Source: an uncultured Rivularia sp. (GTDB taxonomy: Bacteria > Cyanobacteriota > Cyanobacteriia > Cyanobacteriales > Nostocaceae). From it: 64,000 nucleotides of DNA. The notes below the pieces were generated by a model. It ran no database searches. It was not told the origin of the DNA and saw nothing but the letters and a program-made list of their open reading frames with translations. A program made the translations under genes and the position numbers. The stretch covers positions 6,112,001 through 6,176,000 of the forward strand of contig OY762007.1 in the NCBI GenBank assembly GCA_963665115.1, written 5' to 3'. Each line of letters begins with the position of its first letter. Positions within the stretch are counted from its first letter, which is position 1. Shown piece after piece: positions 33,234 through 42,835 of the stretch.

Positions 33234-33519
33234 TGTTTTCCATTACTTGCTTGTAACGTGAAGTTGCTTCTCGCAAAGCATCCGAGGGCTTGGGTGGATT
33301 TAAAATTGCTTCAACAAAAGCTTCTGCATCCTCTGTACTCAATTTTAAAGTTTGTTGCTGTTCGATAACTTTACACGCAGCTGCTTGAACGCTGGCTATG
33401 ACGAAATCCGTTAAGGTTACTCCTTGTAAATCAGCGGCTTTCTGCCATAAAGCTTTGATTTCTGGATTCACGCGAGCTTCTAAACGAGCCATTGATTTCG
33501 GAACGTTAGTGTTGCTCAT
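33217..33519 (-). CDS. DUF1778 (TacA-like) RHH antitoxin
   Basis: ARLEARV...KAADLQGVTLTDFV...LS.ED...F...LNPPKP; overlaps the GNAT gene. Confidence 0.9.
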   Translation of the reverse strand: MSNTNVPKSMARLEARVNPEIKALWQKAADLQGVTLTDFVIASVQAAACKVIEQQQTLKLSTEDAEAFVEAILNPPKPSDALREATSRYKQVMENNGIND

Positions 33520-33552
33520 AGATTATATGTAAATAACTAACTTTTATATTAT

Positions 33553-33571
33553 ATACGGCAAATTGCCGTAT
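33553..33571. promoter_or_regulatory. Palindromic operator of the TA operon
   Basis: ATACGGCAAATTGCCGTAT, about 35 nt upstream of the antitoxin start. Confidence 0.65.
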
Positions 33572-33683
33572 TTGTAAAAGTAGATTTTTTATCTGTTACG
33601 AGCATAACCGTCTAGCTCGCGGTGATAGCGGTTTTATAAATGTTATCTTGCCACATTTTTAATGATGAATTAATACGTTAACC

Positions 33684-34241
33684 ATGAAAGTTACACTAGA
33701 AGATGCTCCAATCATCAAAAATATAGAACCACTAGAACTGAGGAATTATTTGCAATCTCACGGTTGGTATGAAGATGGACAATTTCTTGATAATGCTACA
33801 ATTTGGCACAAGCAAGTAGCAGAAGAAGGTGTTCACCGTAGGTGCGGCTTATTTGAAATCTTGCTTCCAAATACAAAAAATGTAAGAGATTATATTCCAA
33901 GAATTCGTGAAGCTATTGAAATGCTAGCAGCTTCAGAAAATCTTTCTCAACTTGAAATTTTAAGCGATTTTATTAATAATTATCCGAATTTAAAACTACA
34001 AGGTTTTGTCACACAAATTGCAACTCCTCACGAATATAAATTAAGCGGTGAAATTACAATTGTTTGTCCAGTATTTGATCAATTACACAAAATAAGAACT
34101 GAACTTAAAGACCATAATTATATTTTGGCAATCAAAGCTTATCAAGAAAGACTACCTATTGTTTGTGTGGGAGATTTATCAAAAGAAAGTAATATTTTTG
34201 TTTTGAAAAGTCCCCGTGGTTTTCAAATTGAGAATATTTGA
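33684..34241 (+). CDS. Hypothetical protein with an 18-nt in-frame micro-insertion
   Basis: 185 aa; GTTCACCGTAGGTGCGGC at 33831-33848 matches a dispersed repeat. Confidence 0.65.
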   Translation: MKVTLEDAPIIKNIEPLELRNYLQSHGWYEDGQFLDNATIWHKQVAEEGVHRRCGLFEILLPNTKNVRDYIPRIREAIEMLAASENLSQLEILSDFINNYPNLKLQGFVTQIATPHEYKLSGEITIVCPVFDQLHKIRTELKDHNYILAIKAYQERLPIVCVGDLSKESNIFVLKSPRGFQIENI

Positions 34242-34296
34242 ATTTTTTCTAATTAATTAGGGCTTGCTGAATCAAATTCAAGATATCGTTTCCACG

Positions 34297-35150
34297 TTAT
34301 GCAAACAGAACCTCAGAATTAATATGATGGCGGTTTAAAAAACAACGAACTGAGCATTGTAGCCGGAAGTAAGTGGCATCTTGCCACATTATCTAAAATG
34401 ATAATGTGGTTAAAAGCTTTCGCTGCAATGGTTACAGCTTTAACCTTAATAATGTGGAGAACTATTTTTCGCTATTCATGTTTTCTAACTGAATCGCTCT
34501 TATTATCGCTTGTTTCAATATTACTCAAATGAGCGTTTTTTCGCGTCTAAGCAAAATATTCTAAATTAACTTGGCTATCAACGGAACTATAATTCTGCAA
34601 TTTATTAAGTGATAACACTTATGTAAATAGTTTTATTATTAACAAAATAGTTAAAGGTAAATTTTTATTACATTTTAATAATTTTGTTTAAGTAGTTACT
34701 ATTTATCCATTGTTTTACGAAGCTAAGTTAATAATTGCTTATTTTAATGCAATGGATAGATTTCGGATACCCAAATCAATTAATAACTTTGCTCACTTCT
34801 TCTATTGCTTGAATTATTTCCGAAAGAATCAATAATTATATAGGTGCTCTAAAACTGCCACTATGTCTCGTCCAGCTTTTTCCATTTTGGCTCAACAATA
34901 TCTCTCGGTTCTACTCAATGATTTTGGAACTGTTTACCTAAACGAAACCAATACCCCGAGTGCCTTCCTTGAAAGTTTTTAAGCTTCCGTCTCGATTTAA
35001 CTGGGGAACTGAGTATTTGAAGGAAATTACTCAAGGTAAAAATCAGGTGATGGTTAGTCCAGAAGTGATTGGAGAAGCGGAACTCGTAGATATTTTGTTT
35101 GAACCCAACTCCCAAAAATCTCGAACATATGAACGGATTATTAGGACTTT
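34297..35150 (+). repeat. Direct duplication (copy A) of 38785-39640, with a truncated gene copy from 34863
   Basis: Colinear similarity including a near-identical stretch (about 34715-34945 vs 39212-39440); the MSRPAFSI... gene is frameshifted and truncated here. Confidence 0.85.
34383..34410. other. 11-6-11 inverted-repeat recombination-like site (copy 2)
   Basis: GCCACATTATC-taaaat-GATAATGTGGT, with a third arm TAATGTGG near 34450. Confidence 0.65.
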
Positions 35151-35343
35151 CACCTACATCTTTATTACAGTTAAAAGCTTCAGAGGTTTTACTCCGCGTG
35201 CTTTCTGAGTTCATACACCAGCTTACGTTAGTAATCTGCTGAGCGCTTGGTTCCTAACTCAAACGAGCCGCACAATTTCTAATGCTATTTTCTTTCCCGC
35301 TTTTAGAGCAACTAAAACTTTTTCTGCTTTAATTCATTGCTTG

Positions 35344-35679
35344 CTAACCCATAGCAAAATCTGTAAATTGCCTTTTTAATGGTGAATGAAATCCTATAAC
35401 AATATCTTGTTTAGGAATCCCCATCGAAACTAATTCTTCAGCAATATTTATTTCTGTTCCATTCCACTGAATCCAAATTTTTTCATTTTTGATATCTATA
35501 TGTATCGAACAACCATAAACACGATGTTTATTTTCCCAGCCTACATTAACAAGTTGATAATGGTCGCGTACTGTATCAAATATCTGTTCAACCTCTACAT
35601 CTCCGTAGGAAGGTTTGTAACTGCCATATTTAACCAAAAGTTGCTGAACGTATTCTCTATATTTTTCTAATTTATCCAT
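35344..35679 (-). CDS. xisI: XisI family protein
   Basis: DTVRDHYQLVNVGWENKHRVYGCSIHIDIKNEKIWIQ...IAEELVSMGIPKQDIVIGFH. Confidence 0.95.
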   Translation of the reverse strand: MDKLEKYREYVQQLLVKYGSYKPSYGDVEVEQIFDTVRDHYQLVNVGWENKHRVYGCSIHIDIKNEKIWIQWNGTEINIAEELVSMGIPKQDIVIGFHSPLKRQFTDFAMG

Positions 35680-36095
35680 CTTACTACTTCCTCTATTTCA
35701 GTATCGTAAACTACTAGCTTTAATTGAAATTCTTGAAGTTGAAGCTGTAGAAATGGAAGCTTAAAAAAATCATTATAGGTTTCTATATCAACAGCTAAAT
35801 ATAGTTTGCGTTCTGGTTCTTTTGCTCGAAGAGCAGTTCGGTAGTTAAGGAATTGTCCTAGAGCTACATGAAAATCAGTGATAGCTGATGGATTAAGAAA
35901 ACTTTTTATTTCAACAGCGATTTTTTCTCCTTCCTTCTCAGCTGCAAGTAACTTTTCTGCTCCCAAATCGATACGCATCTGAACTTGACCAAAGTCAATA
36001 TACAGGGGGTCGTTTGTAATACTCCACCCATCTTTTTCCAAAGCTAATCTCACGATATCGTGAAATTTATCTTTTGCTGACATAACTTCTAACAT
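35667..36095 (-). CDS. xisH: XisH family protein
   Basis: AKDKFHDIVRLALEKDGWSITNDP, IDLGAEKLLAAE, IAVEIKSF, ALGQFLNY. Confidence 0.95.
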   Translation of the reverse strand: MLEVMSAKDKFHDIVRLALEKDGWSITNDPLYIDFGQVQMRIDLGAEKLLAAEKEGEKIAVEIKSFLNPSAITDFHVALGQFLNYRTALRAKEPERKLYLAVDIETYNDFFKLPFLQLQLQEFQLKLVVYDTEIEEVVRWIN

Positions 36096-36340
36096 CCGAA
36101 GGGAGTATTACGATTTTACATCACAGCCAGAGTGTATAATTAGAAGGCTATTAGCGATAGGCGCTTATTGCAGGCACTGTGCAACTATACTACACCTAAA
36201 AGCACGCGGTAAAAAGGTAGCCCCGCATTTTTAAATCGGGGCGGAATTTTGCCACGGGCGCAAAGCTCGCCGGAAGAATCTTCTTCCGGCAGACTTTGCA
36301 ATTTTAATTGCCGTGAAATGATATAATTGCATCATGGCGT

Positions 36341-36568
36341 TTAAGCCAAGAAAATTGTCCATTCTAGTTCAGCAGTTTCTTCTGTTGTTAACGAGTCTGC
36401 TTTTTTCTTATGGAGAAGTTCTTGCATACGCAACCCTAGTTTTTCTGTAAATTTAAAGAGATTGATATTGTTAATTCTCTCCACACGAATTCCTTCTGTC
36501 AATAAAGATGAAGGCTTGATTACCACATTAGTTATGGGGTTTAATGCAATATTACTATAATTAGTCAT
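36341..36568 (-). CDS. Small hypothetical protein, probably C-terminally truncated
   Basis: RMQELLHKKKADSLTTEETAEL resembles the motif in the 49816 protein. Confidence 0.45.
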   Translation of the reverse strand: MTNYSNIALNPITNVVIKPSSLLTEGIRVERINNINLFKFTEKLGLRMQELLHKKKADSLTTEETAELEWTIFLA

Positions 36569-36987
36569 TATTTTAGCGTTACTTTAATTGTATCCCCTCA
36601 AAATTTCGGGGTATCGGCTGTCTTGAATGTCAACTACGATAAAAAAAAGCAGCGGCGCAACTGGGGAACCGCTACGCTGATTTGACGGTACCAGGTAGGG
36701 GCAGATAGATTTTACATAGGCACAGAAAATAATCGTGCCCCCACCTGGCACTCCGCTGTCGCCGCCAAATCTTCCCCAGTTGCTGGATCTCTCGTGAGAG
36801 CAACAAATAAATAAAAATAATCAAAATCAAGAAATTGATTAATAGCGGAAGTTGCAAATAAGGTAAATTGTAAATATGCTATCAAAGTAACTAAAAAAGT
36901 TTCAATCGCTTATAAAAACTATGAAGAAATAGATGTGGTTAATCCATGCACTTTACAGTATTCTACAACCAAGGATATGAGGGTTTA

Positions 36988-38755
36988 GCACAGTCTTAAT
37001 ATACAGGGGTGTTATTGAGGCATCCATGACCAACCATAGGAATTAGAAGAAGATTTCTTCCGAATAATTGTCCCCAAAGATGGAATATTTTCAACTTGAG
37101 AAATGCGGTCACGCATATACTCATAAAAACTGATACCCAACTTACGAGTAGTGTCAACAAGGGACATAAAAACATCCCACGCTTTTGTGCCTTGTTTTGT
37201 CTGGGTTGCGTAACTGATGTTACGTCGTTGTACCATAGTCCTAGCAGCTAATTCGGCAGGGTTGTTATGCAATAGTAATTCTGGATGCTCCAACACGAGA
37301 AGCAACTCGTTTACTTTCAAAGTAGTTAATCGTTTTCGCTCATCTAACTGTTGATAACCACTTTTTTCTGTAAAAAGTGTCCAAAATTCCATTTCTAGTT
37401 CGTGAGCTTTATCCCAACTTGGAGAATCTCGATAAGATAATAATTTTCTGTAATATTCCCAGAATCTTTCTAGAAAATTATCTAAAAGTTTTTGATGGCA
37501 AGGTATAAGCGGACTTAATTTCTTATAATGTCGTCCTTCATGCACCCAACAAAGAGCCAAATCCGATGTTATTAACTTGAACTGCGGAGCATCATCGCAT
37601 ACTAGAGTTGTAATTACTGGTACAGTTGATTGCTGATGATAAAAAGCAATTGCTGCCGATTCATATATGCGAGAACGGTGTTGAGAACCAAGTCTACTTA
37701 AGTACTCACCAATCAAAAAATTAAACTCAGTTTCGGTAAAAGCCTTCTGTTGAGATAGTAATTTTAGTTTATTAACCCACTTAATTGGAACTTTAAAAGT
37801 CTCCAAAAGTTCATAGGTCATCTCGTTGAGAACAAAGGAGAGTTCGGTTGTGTTTTGAAATACTTTTAATACAGTCAAACGGTCTTTGTATCGCGTTGTT
37901 TGGTAAATTGTGTACAAGGGGTTACAAATCACATTTGTTGTATGGTTCACTCCTGCAACACGCGCACCTGTTTGGTCAAAGTGTTGCCAAGGACTGCTGG
38001 CTAACCCTTCCTTGTATACTTCTTCGTATTCAGCTTCAAAATATTCTTGGTTTTTAATTAATAAATTTGATATTGTTCCTGCACTAATCGAGATACCAAT
38101 ATCTTCTAAAAATTCTAATAACTTCCCTTGGGTCATGTTTCCACCATAATATAGACTCATGACCAAAGCTTTTACTCCTGGACCAAATTCACCTTCGTAA
38201 CCTGTTGGTAGTTCCGCTAAATAAGTTTTTCCTGTTTCTGGTGAGTAGTATTTTTGCTTGCGGAACAGTATGTTATCTGGCTTAAGTAAAATGTCTTGGA
38301 CTACTACTTCCTCATAACCCTTGAACTGTGCGTCTGCTGGTAATTGTTCTTGTGGGTAAACTACAATCTCTTCTCGGTTTATCTTGATAGACTCGTTTTT
38401 ACTTGCTTTACTGTGTTCTTTTGCTATTTTTCGTTCTTTTTCTGATGAATAGTTTTTCTTAAACCCTTTGTTTTTATTCGCTTTGATGTCTGGTTTACCT
38501 TGTTCACCTTTTAAGCGGTTGTTTTCATCACGTAGTTTTTGATTTTCTTCTTCTAATTCTTTGATTTTTACATTTAGCTGTTCTATTAAGTTGAGTAATA
38601 CTTCTACCGTTTGACGCACGTCCTCGTCTGCAATCTGTTTTGGGTCGATTGATTGCAATAATGCTGTGACTAATTTTTTAGATGATCGTTTTTGCGTCAT
38701 GCTTCATATTCTACGACGCAAGGTGTACCTTTACCCCATTTTTTTGAGCGGATAC
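36988..38755 (-). mobile_element. IS66-family insertion sequence (single-ORF type)
   Basis: Transposase flanked by imperfect terminal inverted repeats (GTATCCGCTCAAAAAAATGGGGT vs GCACAGTCTTAATATACAGGGGT); no clear target duplication. Confidence 0.6.
37012..38700 (-). CDS. IS66-family transposase
   Basis: Leucine-zipper N-terminus, HFDQTG, LVCDDAPQF, LCWVHEGR, HNNPAELAAR. Confidence 0.9.
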   Translation of the reverse strand: MTQKRSSKKLVTALLQSIDPKQIADEDVRQTVEVLLNLIEQLNVKIKELEEENQKLRDENNRLKGEQGKPDIKANKNKGFKKNYSSEKERKIAKEHSKASKNESIKINREEIVVYPQEQLPADAQFKGYEEVVVQDILLKPDNILFRKQKYYSPETGKTYLAELPTGYEGEFGPGVKALVMSLYYGGNMTQGKLLEFLEDIGISISAGTISNLLIKNQEYFEAEYEEVYKEGLASSPWQHFDQTGARVAGVNHTTNVICNPLYTIYQTTRYKDRLTVLKVFQNTTELSFVLNEMTYELLETFKVPIKWVNKLKLLSQQKAFTETEFNFLIGEYLSRLGSQHRSRIYESAAIAFYHQQSTVPVITTLVCDDAPQFKLITSDLALCWVHEGRHYKKLSPLIPCHQKLLDNFLERFWEYYRKLLSYRDSPSWDKAHELEMEFWTLFTEKSGYQQLDERKRLTTLKVNELLLVLEHPELLLHNNPAELAARTMVQRRNISYATQTKQGTKAWDVFMSLVDTTRKLGISFYEYMRDRISQVENIPSLGTIIRKKSSSNSYGWSWMPQ

Positions 38756-38867
38756 CTTTAATTGTCTACTTGTTTTTGTCTTTATTATGCAAACAGAAGC
38801 GATTGATTAATATGGCGGTTTATAAAGCAACGACCCGAGTATTTTAGCCGGAAGCAAGGGATACCTC

Positions 38868-38896
38868 GCCACATTATCCGTTTAGGTTAATATGGT
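38868..38896. other. Degenerate copy 3 of the inverted-repeat site
   Basis: GCCACATTATC-cgtttag-GTTAATATGGT (7-nt spacer). Confidence 0.5.
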
Positions 38897-39358
38897 TAAA
38901 AGCTTTTGCAGCAATGATTACAGCTTTAACCTCGACGTGAAGAACTGTTTCTCGCTATTCATATTTTCTGACTCAAAGCTAGATTTATCTCTTGTTTCAA
39001 TATTGTTCAAATAAGCATTTTTCGCGCTTAAACAAAACATTCTAAATGAACTTGCTATTAACATGACTTTAATTACACATAATTCTGTAAATCATAATTA
39101 TTCAGTGAGAATACTTATAAAGTTAGTGCAATTATTAACAATTTATGCAAAAGTAAATTTTTATTACATTTTTAGGAGTTTATTTAAGAAACTAATATTT
39201 ATCTTTTTTTTTACGAAGCTAAGTTAATAATTGCTTATTTTAATGCAATGGATAGATTTCGGATACCCAAATCAATTAATAACTTTGCTCACTTCTTCTA
39301 TTGCTTGAATTATTTCCAAAAGAATCAATAATTATATAGGTGCTCTAAAACTGCCACT

Positions 39359-40168
39359 ATGTCTCGTCCAGCTTTTTCTATTTTTGCTCAACAATATCTC
39401 TCAGTTCTACTTAATGATTTTGGAACTGTTTACCTAAACGAACCAATTCCCCGAGATGCTAATTTGAGAGTTTTTAAACTTCCATCTCGATTTAACCTGG
39501 GAACTGAGTATTTAAAGGAAATTACTCAAGGTAACAATCGAGTGATGATTAGTCCAGAGGTTATTGGAGAAGCGGAGTTGGTCGATATTCTGTTTGAACC
39601 AAACTCCCAAAAATCTCGAACATCTTTAGGACTATTAGGAGAGTTTTTGTCAGTTCCGTGTATTATTGAAATTCTGCGTTGGGCACCAAATGTATTGGAG
39701 CTAGAAGATTGTTTGCGCCATTGGTTAACCTGGAAAAGTGAAGCCAGTAAAAGCATTATGAGTGCAAATGAAACGAGTGTCAGTACTTCAGAAGTAAGCA
39801 GCGTTGTAAGGGAAGAAATTAACAAAACTCTACTTATAATTGTGCCTTCAATTGCATCTCAACACCTCCAAGGATTTGCATCTCGTCGGGACATTAATAT
39901 TTCAGGTATTTACCATTTCGCACCAGCTTTTTGTACAACTATCATTGTAACTAGCGAACTTCCTCAAAATATTTCAACACTTTGGCTTAGACTTTTAGGA
40001 CGCGGACCAACTCAACGAGCAGCAATAATGGAATTTAATGCTTTAGATGATAATCATCCACACTGCGCTGTAGTTCGGCAACAATTACGTGAATGGTATC
40101 AACTTTTATCTAATAGTCAAATGTTTAACGAAGGTAAACTACTGATGCAAACATTAGCCAGTATTTAA
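39359..40168 (+). CDS. Conserved-looking hypothetical protein
   Basis: 269 aa; intact copy of the duplicated gene; VDILFEP, ELPQNISTLWLRLLGRG. Confidence 0.75.
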   Translation: MSRPAFSIFAQQYLSVLLNDFGTVYLNEPIPRDANLRVFKLPSRFNLGTEYLKEITQGNNRVMISPEVIGEAELVDILFEPNSQKSRTSLGLLGEFLSVPCIIEILRWAPNVLELEDCLRHWLTWKSEASKSIMSANETSVSTSEVSSVVREEINKTLLIIVPSIASQHLQGFASRRDINISGIYHFAPAFCTTIIVTSELPQNISTLWLRLLGRGPTQRAAIMEFNALDDNHPHCAVVRQQLREWYQLLSNSQMFNEGKLLMQTLASI

Positions 40169-40283
40169 ACTTCAGCCGTTTCAAAAAGTTGCTTATAAAA
40201 AGTACTTTATATGAGATATTTAATTATAGTTTATAGCACGCGCTATGGCTTTTCTCGTGTAAAAAAGTACCGAGTAAATCAAA

Positions 40284-41171
40284 ATGCAGCTATCCCAAGT
40301 AGAAGCAGACCATTTCTTTAACCTGTTCAAACCTTTACTAATTTATACCAATCAAAAATTTCAGATAACTCCTGGTATGAAAGAACCAGAAGATATAGAA
40401 GGATATCCCTTTGAAGAAACCGTTAAAGTTAGGGATAAACTGTATCAAAATCCTGGCATTTTTGATGAGTTTATTCAAGAAAATATAGAAAAGCTATCAA
40501 CTGAAGATATTTCGATTATCGAGAGTTGGAAAGGTTTTATTCAAAGTAATTTTTTTGTGTTTCGCTACTTAAAAAAGTATACAATTTTCCTAACTGCTGA
40601 TGAACCTTACAAAGCTTATGGGGTTCTATCACTATATAGTCCGTTTAAGGAAATCATTGGTTCTAATATACCTACATTAGTTGAGACAGTTTTATTACCC
40701 TTTAAAGATAAAATTGTCTCAGATGGAATATTTAAGTCTTCTAATGTATTGTTTGGAAGCGGTATTCGCAATAGCCTTAAAGAAAGTTATGAAGAAGCAA
40801 AAACAAGATTTGGTATAATTGCTTCTTTGAATGCACCAGTTGAAGAGGTTGAAACGGCAGACACAGCAAAGTTAAAAACTTATCTCAAAAGCCAAAGAAA
40901 TTTAGAAGAATATTGGTATGAAATTCAAACTCTGAAAGATAAAAACTTTGAATTAAAACAGATTTATTATCAGGGAGTAGCTAAAATTTATGCAAAAAAA
41001 TATAGTAAGCAGTGGCGAGATATCGGCATAAAGAATGTTTGGTTTGCTTTCTTTGAAGCTGTACCAATTGCTAGTGGAAAAACAAAAGTAGAGCTTGAGA
41101 ATATAGTAGAACAAATTCTTCCCCAATCTCAAATAAATTTCGTCTACTATTTCCACCTCAAAGGTAAATAA
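40284..41171 (+). CDS. Hypothetical protein
   Basis: 295 aa ORF with ATG. Confidence 0.75.
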   Translation: MQLSQVEADHFFNLFKPLLIYTNQKFQITPGMKEPEDIEGYPFEETVKVRDKLYQNPGIFDEFIQENIEKLSTEDISIIESWKGFIQSNFFVFRYLKKYTIFLTADEPYKAYGVLSLYSPFKEIIGSNIPTLVETVLLPFKDKIVSDGIFKSSNVLFGSGIRNSLKESYEEAKTRFGIIASLNAPVEEVETADTAKLKTYLKSQRNLEEYWYEIQTLKDKNFELKQIYYQGVAKIYAKKYSKQWRDIGIKNVWFAFFEAVPIASGKTKVELENIVEQILPQSQINFVYYFHLKGK

Positions 41172-41225
41172 CAATTTTCGTTAATCAAAATTTTTTAGTA
41201 TTTTTCTCAAAGGAAATTTTGGAAT

Positions 41226-42125
41226 ATGCAATTAGAAGAAATCTTATCGGAGTTAGAAAATAGTACTGGTCAGTTTCCCTATCAAGCTTTAGATAAAGCT
41301 ATCGAAGAAAGGGAAGCGATTACTCCTCTTTTATTGACTACTTTGTCATAATGCAAAAATAACTTAGAGGAAATATATAATAAACCCGAATATATTTTAC
41401 ATATTTATGCCTTATTTTTACTGGCACAATTTAGGGAATCAAAAGCTTATCCTCTTATTATTGAATTTTTCTCTATCCCTGGAGAGAAGCCAATGGAAGT
41501 AACTGGGGATGTAGTTACTGAGGATTTATCTAGAATTATTGCTTCTGTTTATGATGGGGATATTGAACCAATTAAAAGACTCATAGAAAATCGAGAAGCC
41601 AATGAATATGTCAGAGGTGCTGCTCTCCAGTCTTTAGTCATTTTAGTAGTTCAAGGAATTATTTCTAGAGAGCAAGTTATTGAATATTTTAAGCAACTTT
41701 TTTCACTTCTGTTTAAAAATCAATCCTCTACAAGTGCAGCAGAAGAAGAACCGGATTATATTTGGACTGAATTAGTTATTAATGCTTCTATAATAGCTCC
41801 TTTAGAGCTTCAAGAATATATTGAGCGAAGTCTTGATCAGGATTTACTTGAACCGTTCTTCTTTGGAAAAGATGATTTTGACAATTGTCTTCAGGCAGGT
41901 TTTGAGGATAATTTGAAAAAACTTCGTGACAATCCTCATTATTCTTTGATTGAAGATACTGTTTCTGAAATGAAAATTTGGTATAGCTTTGATATGAATA
42001 AGACAAAATTTTATGTAGAGAAAGAAGGGTTTTCTTCATCTCCTAAAAAAGCTCGAAGTAAAGCCAAGAAGAAGAAAAAAATGCAAAAGGAATCTCGGCG
42101 AAAAAATCGCACAAATAAAAAATAA
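41226..42125 (+). pseudogene. DUF1186-like protein with a premature TAA at 41349
   Basis: ATG at 41226 is in frame with ORF 41493; YALFLLAQFRE and NEYVRGAAL motifs. Confidence 0.7.
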
Positions 42126-42163
42126 TTGCTTTACTAAGTGCAGTGTATTTTTATTATAAAAAG

Positions 42164-42767
42164 CTACATTTCATTTTGAATAGTTATTTCTAGCATTAAT
42201 GCTTTACGTAACTCTAGTGCATGAAATATACTCAAAACATCACACTGCCAAATTGGTAATAACAATGTCATAGCAATTTCTTCTAAACTATTAATCCAAC
42301 AAAATATAATCGGGAGCCTTCATAGTATTCGCATAACTAAAACCAAATAACCCTACAGTGGCTACCAATAAAGTTAATCCCCATGCTTTAGCAGTATAGG
42401 TATGGAAACTAGGAAATTTTTGGAATTTAATTAAGCTTATCGCAAATAATATTAATTGGATAGCAATTGCAGATAATAAAGGTAATCGAAAATTAATGAT
42501 TACTTGGGGATAAACTAACCAAGCGCTAATCGCTACGCAAAAATATAAACAAATATCAGCCCAGCTATCTGCTTGACGAAGTTGAGTAGTACTTACTTTT
42601 AACCGACGAGCAATAATGCCATCAAAAATATCTGAAAGTACGGCAATAACATAACCGATGATAAACCAATGACTGGTTTGATGGTTTAAAGCATCAAAAA
42701 CCAATAAAGGAGCAATCGTAAAGCGCATTCCTATTAAAAGACTGGGGATATGTGATAGTTTTATCAT
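42164..42767 (-). CDS. CDP-alcohol phosphatidyltransferase family protein (frameshift near 42320)
   Basis: DIFDGIIARR...DSWAD signature; NSLEEIAMTLLLP continues in another frame. Confidence 0.8.
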
Positions 42768-42835
42768 TTATGTTTGGAAGATTACTTATAAATTCCTATT
42801 TACTGTTGTAATCTACATAAAAAAGATTTGCTTTT

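Noticed and set aside
35344..36095. fdxN heterocyst excision element
   Set aside because: xisH/xisI are present, but no xisF serine recombinase or nif/fdxN gene; stand-alone xisHI pairs are common.
36190..36300. Complete IS200/IS605 element
   Set aside because: Only end-like or REP-like hairpins; no tnpA or tnpB.
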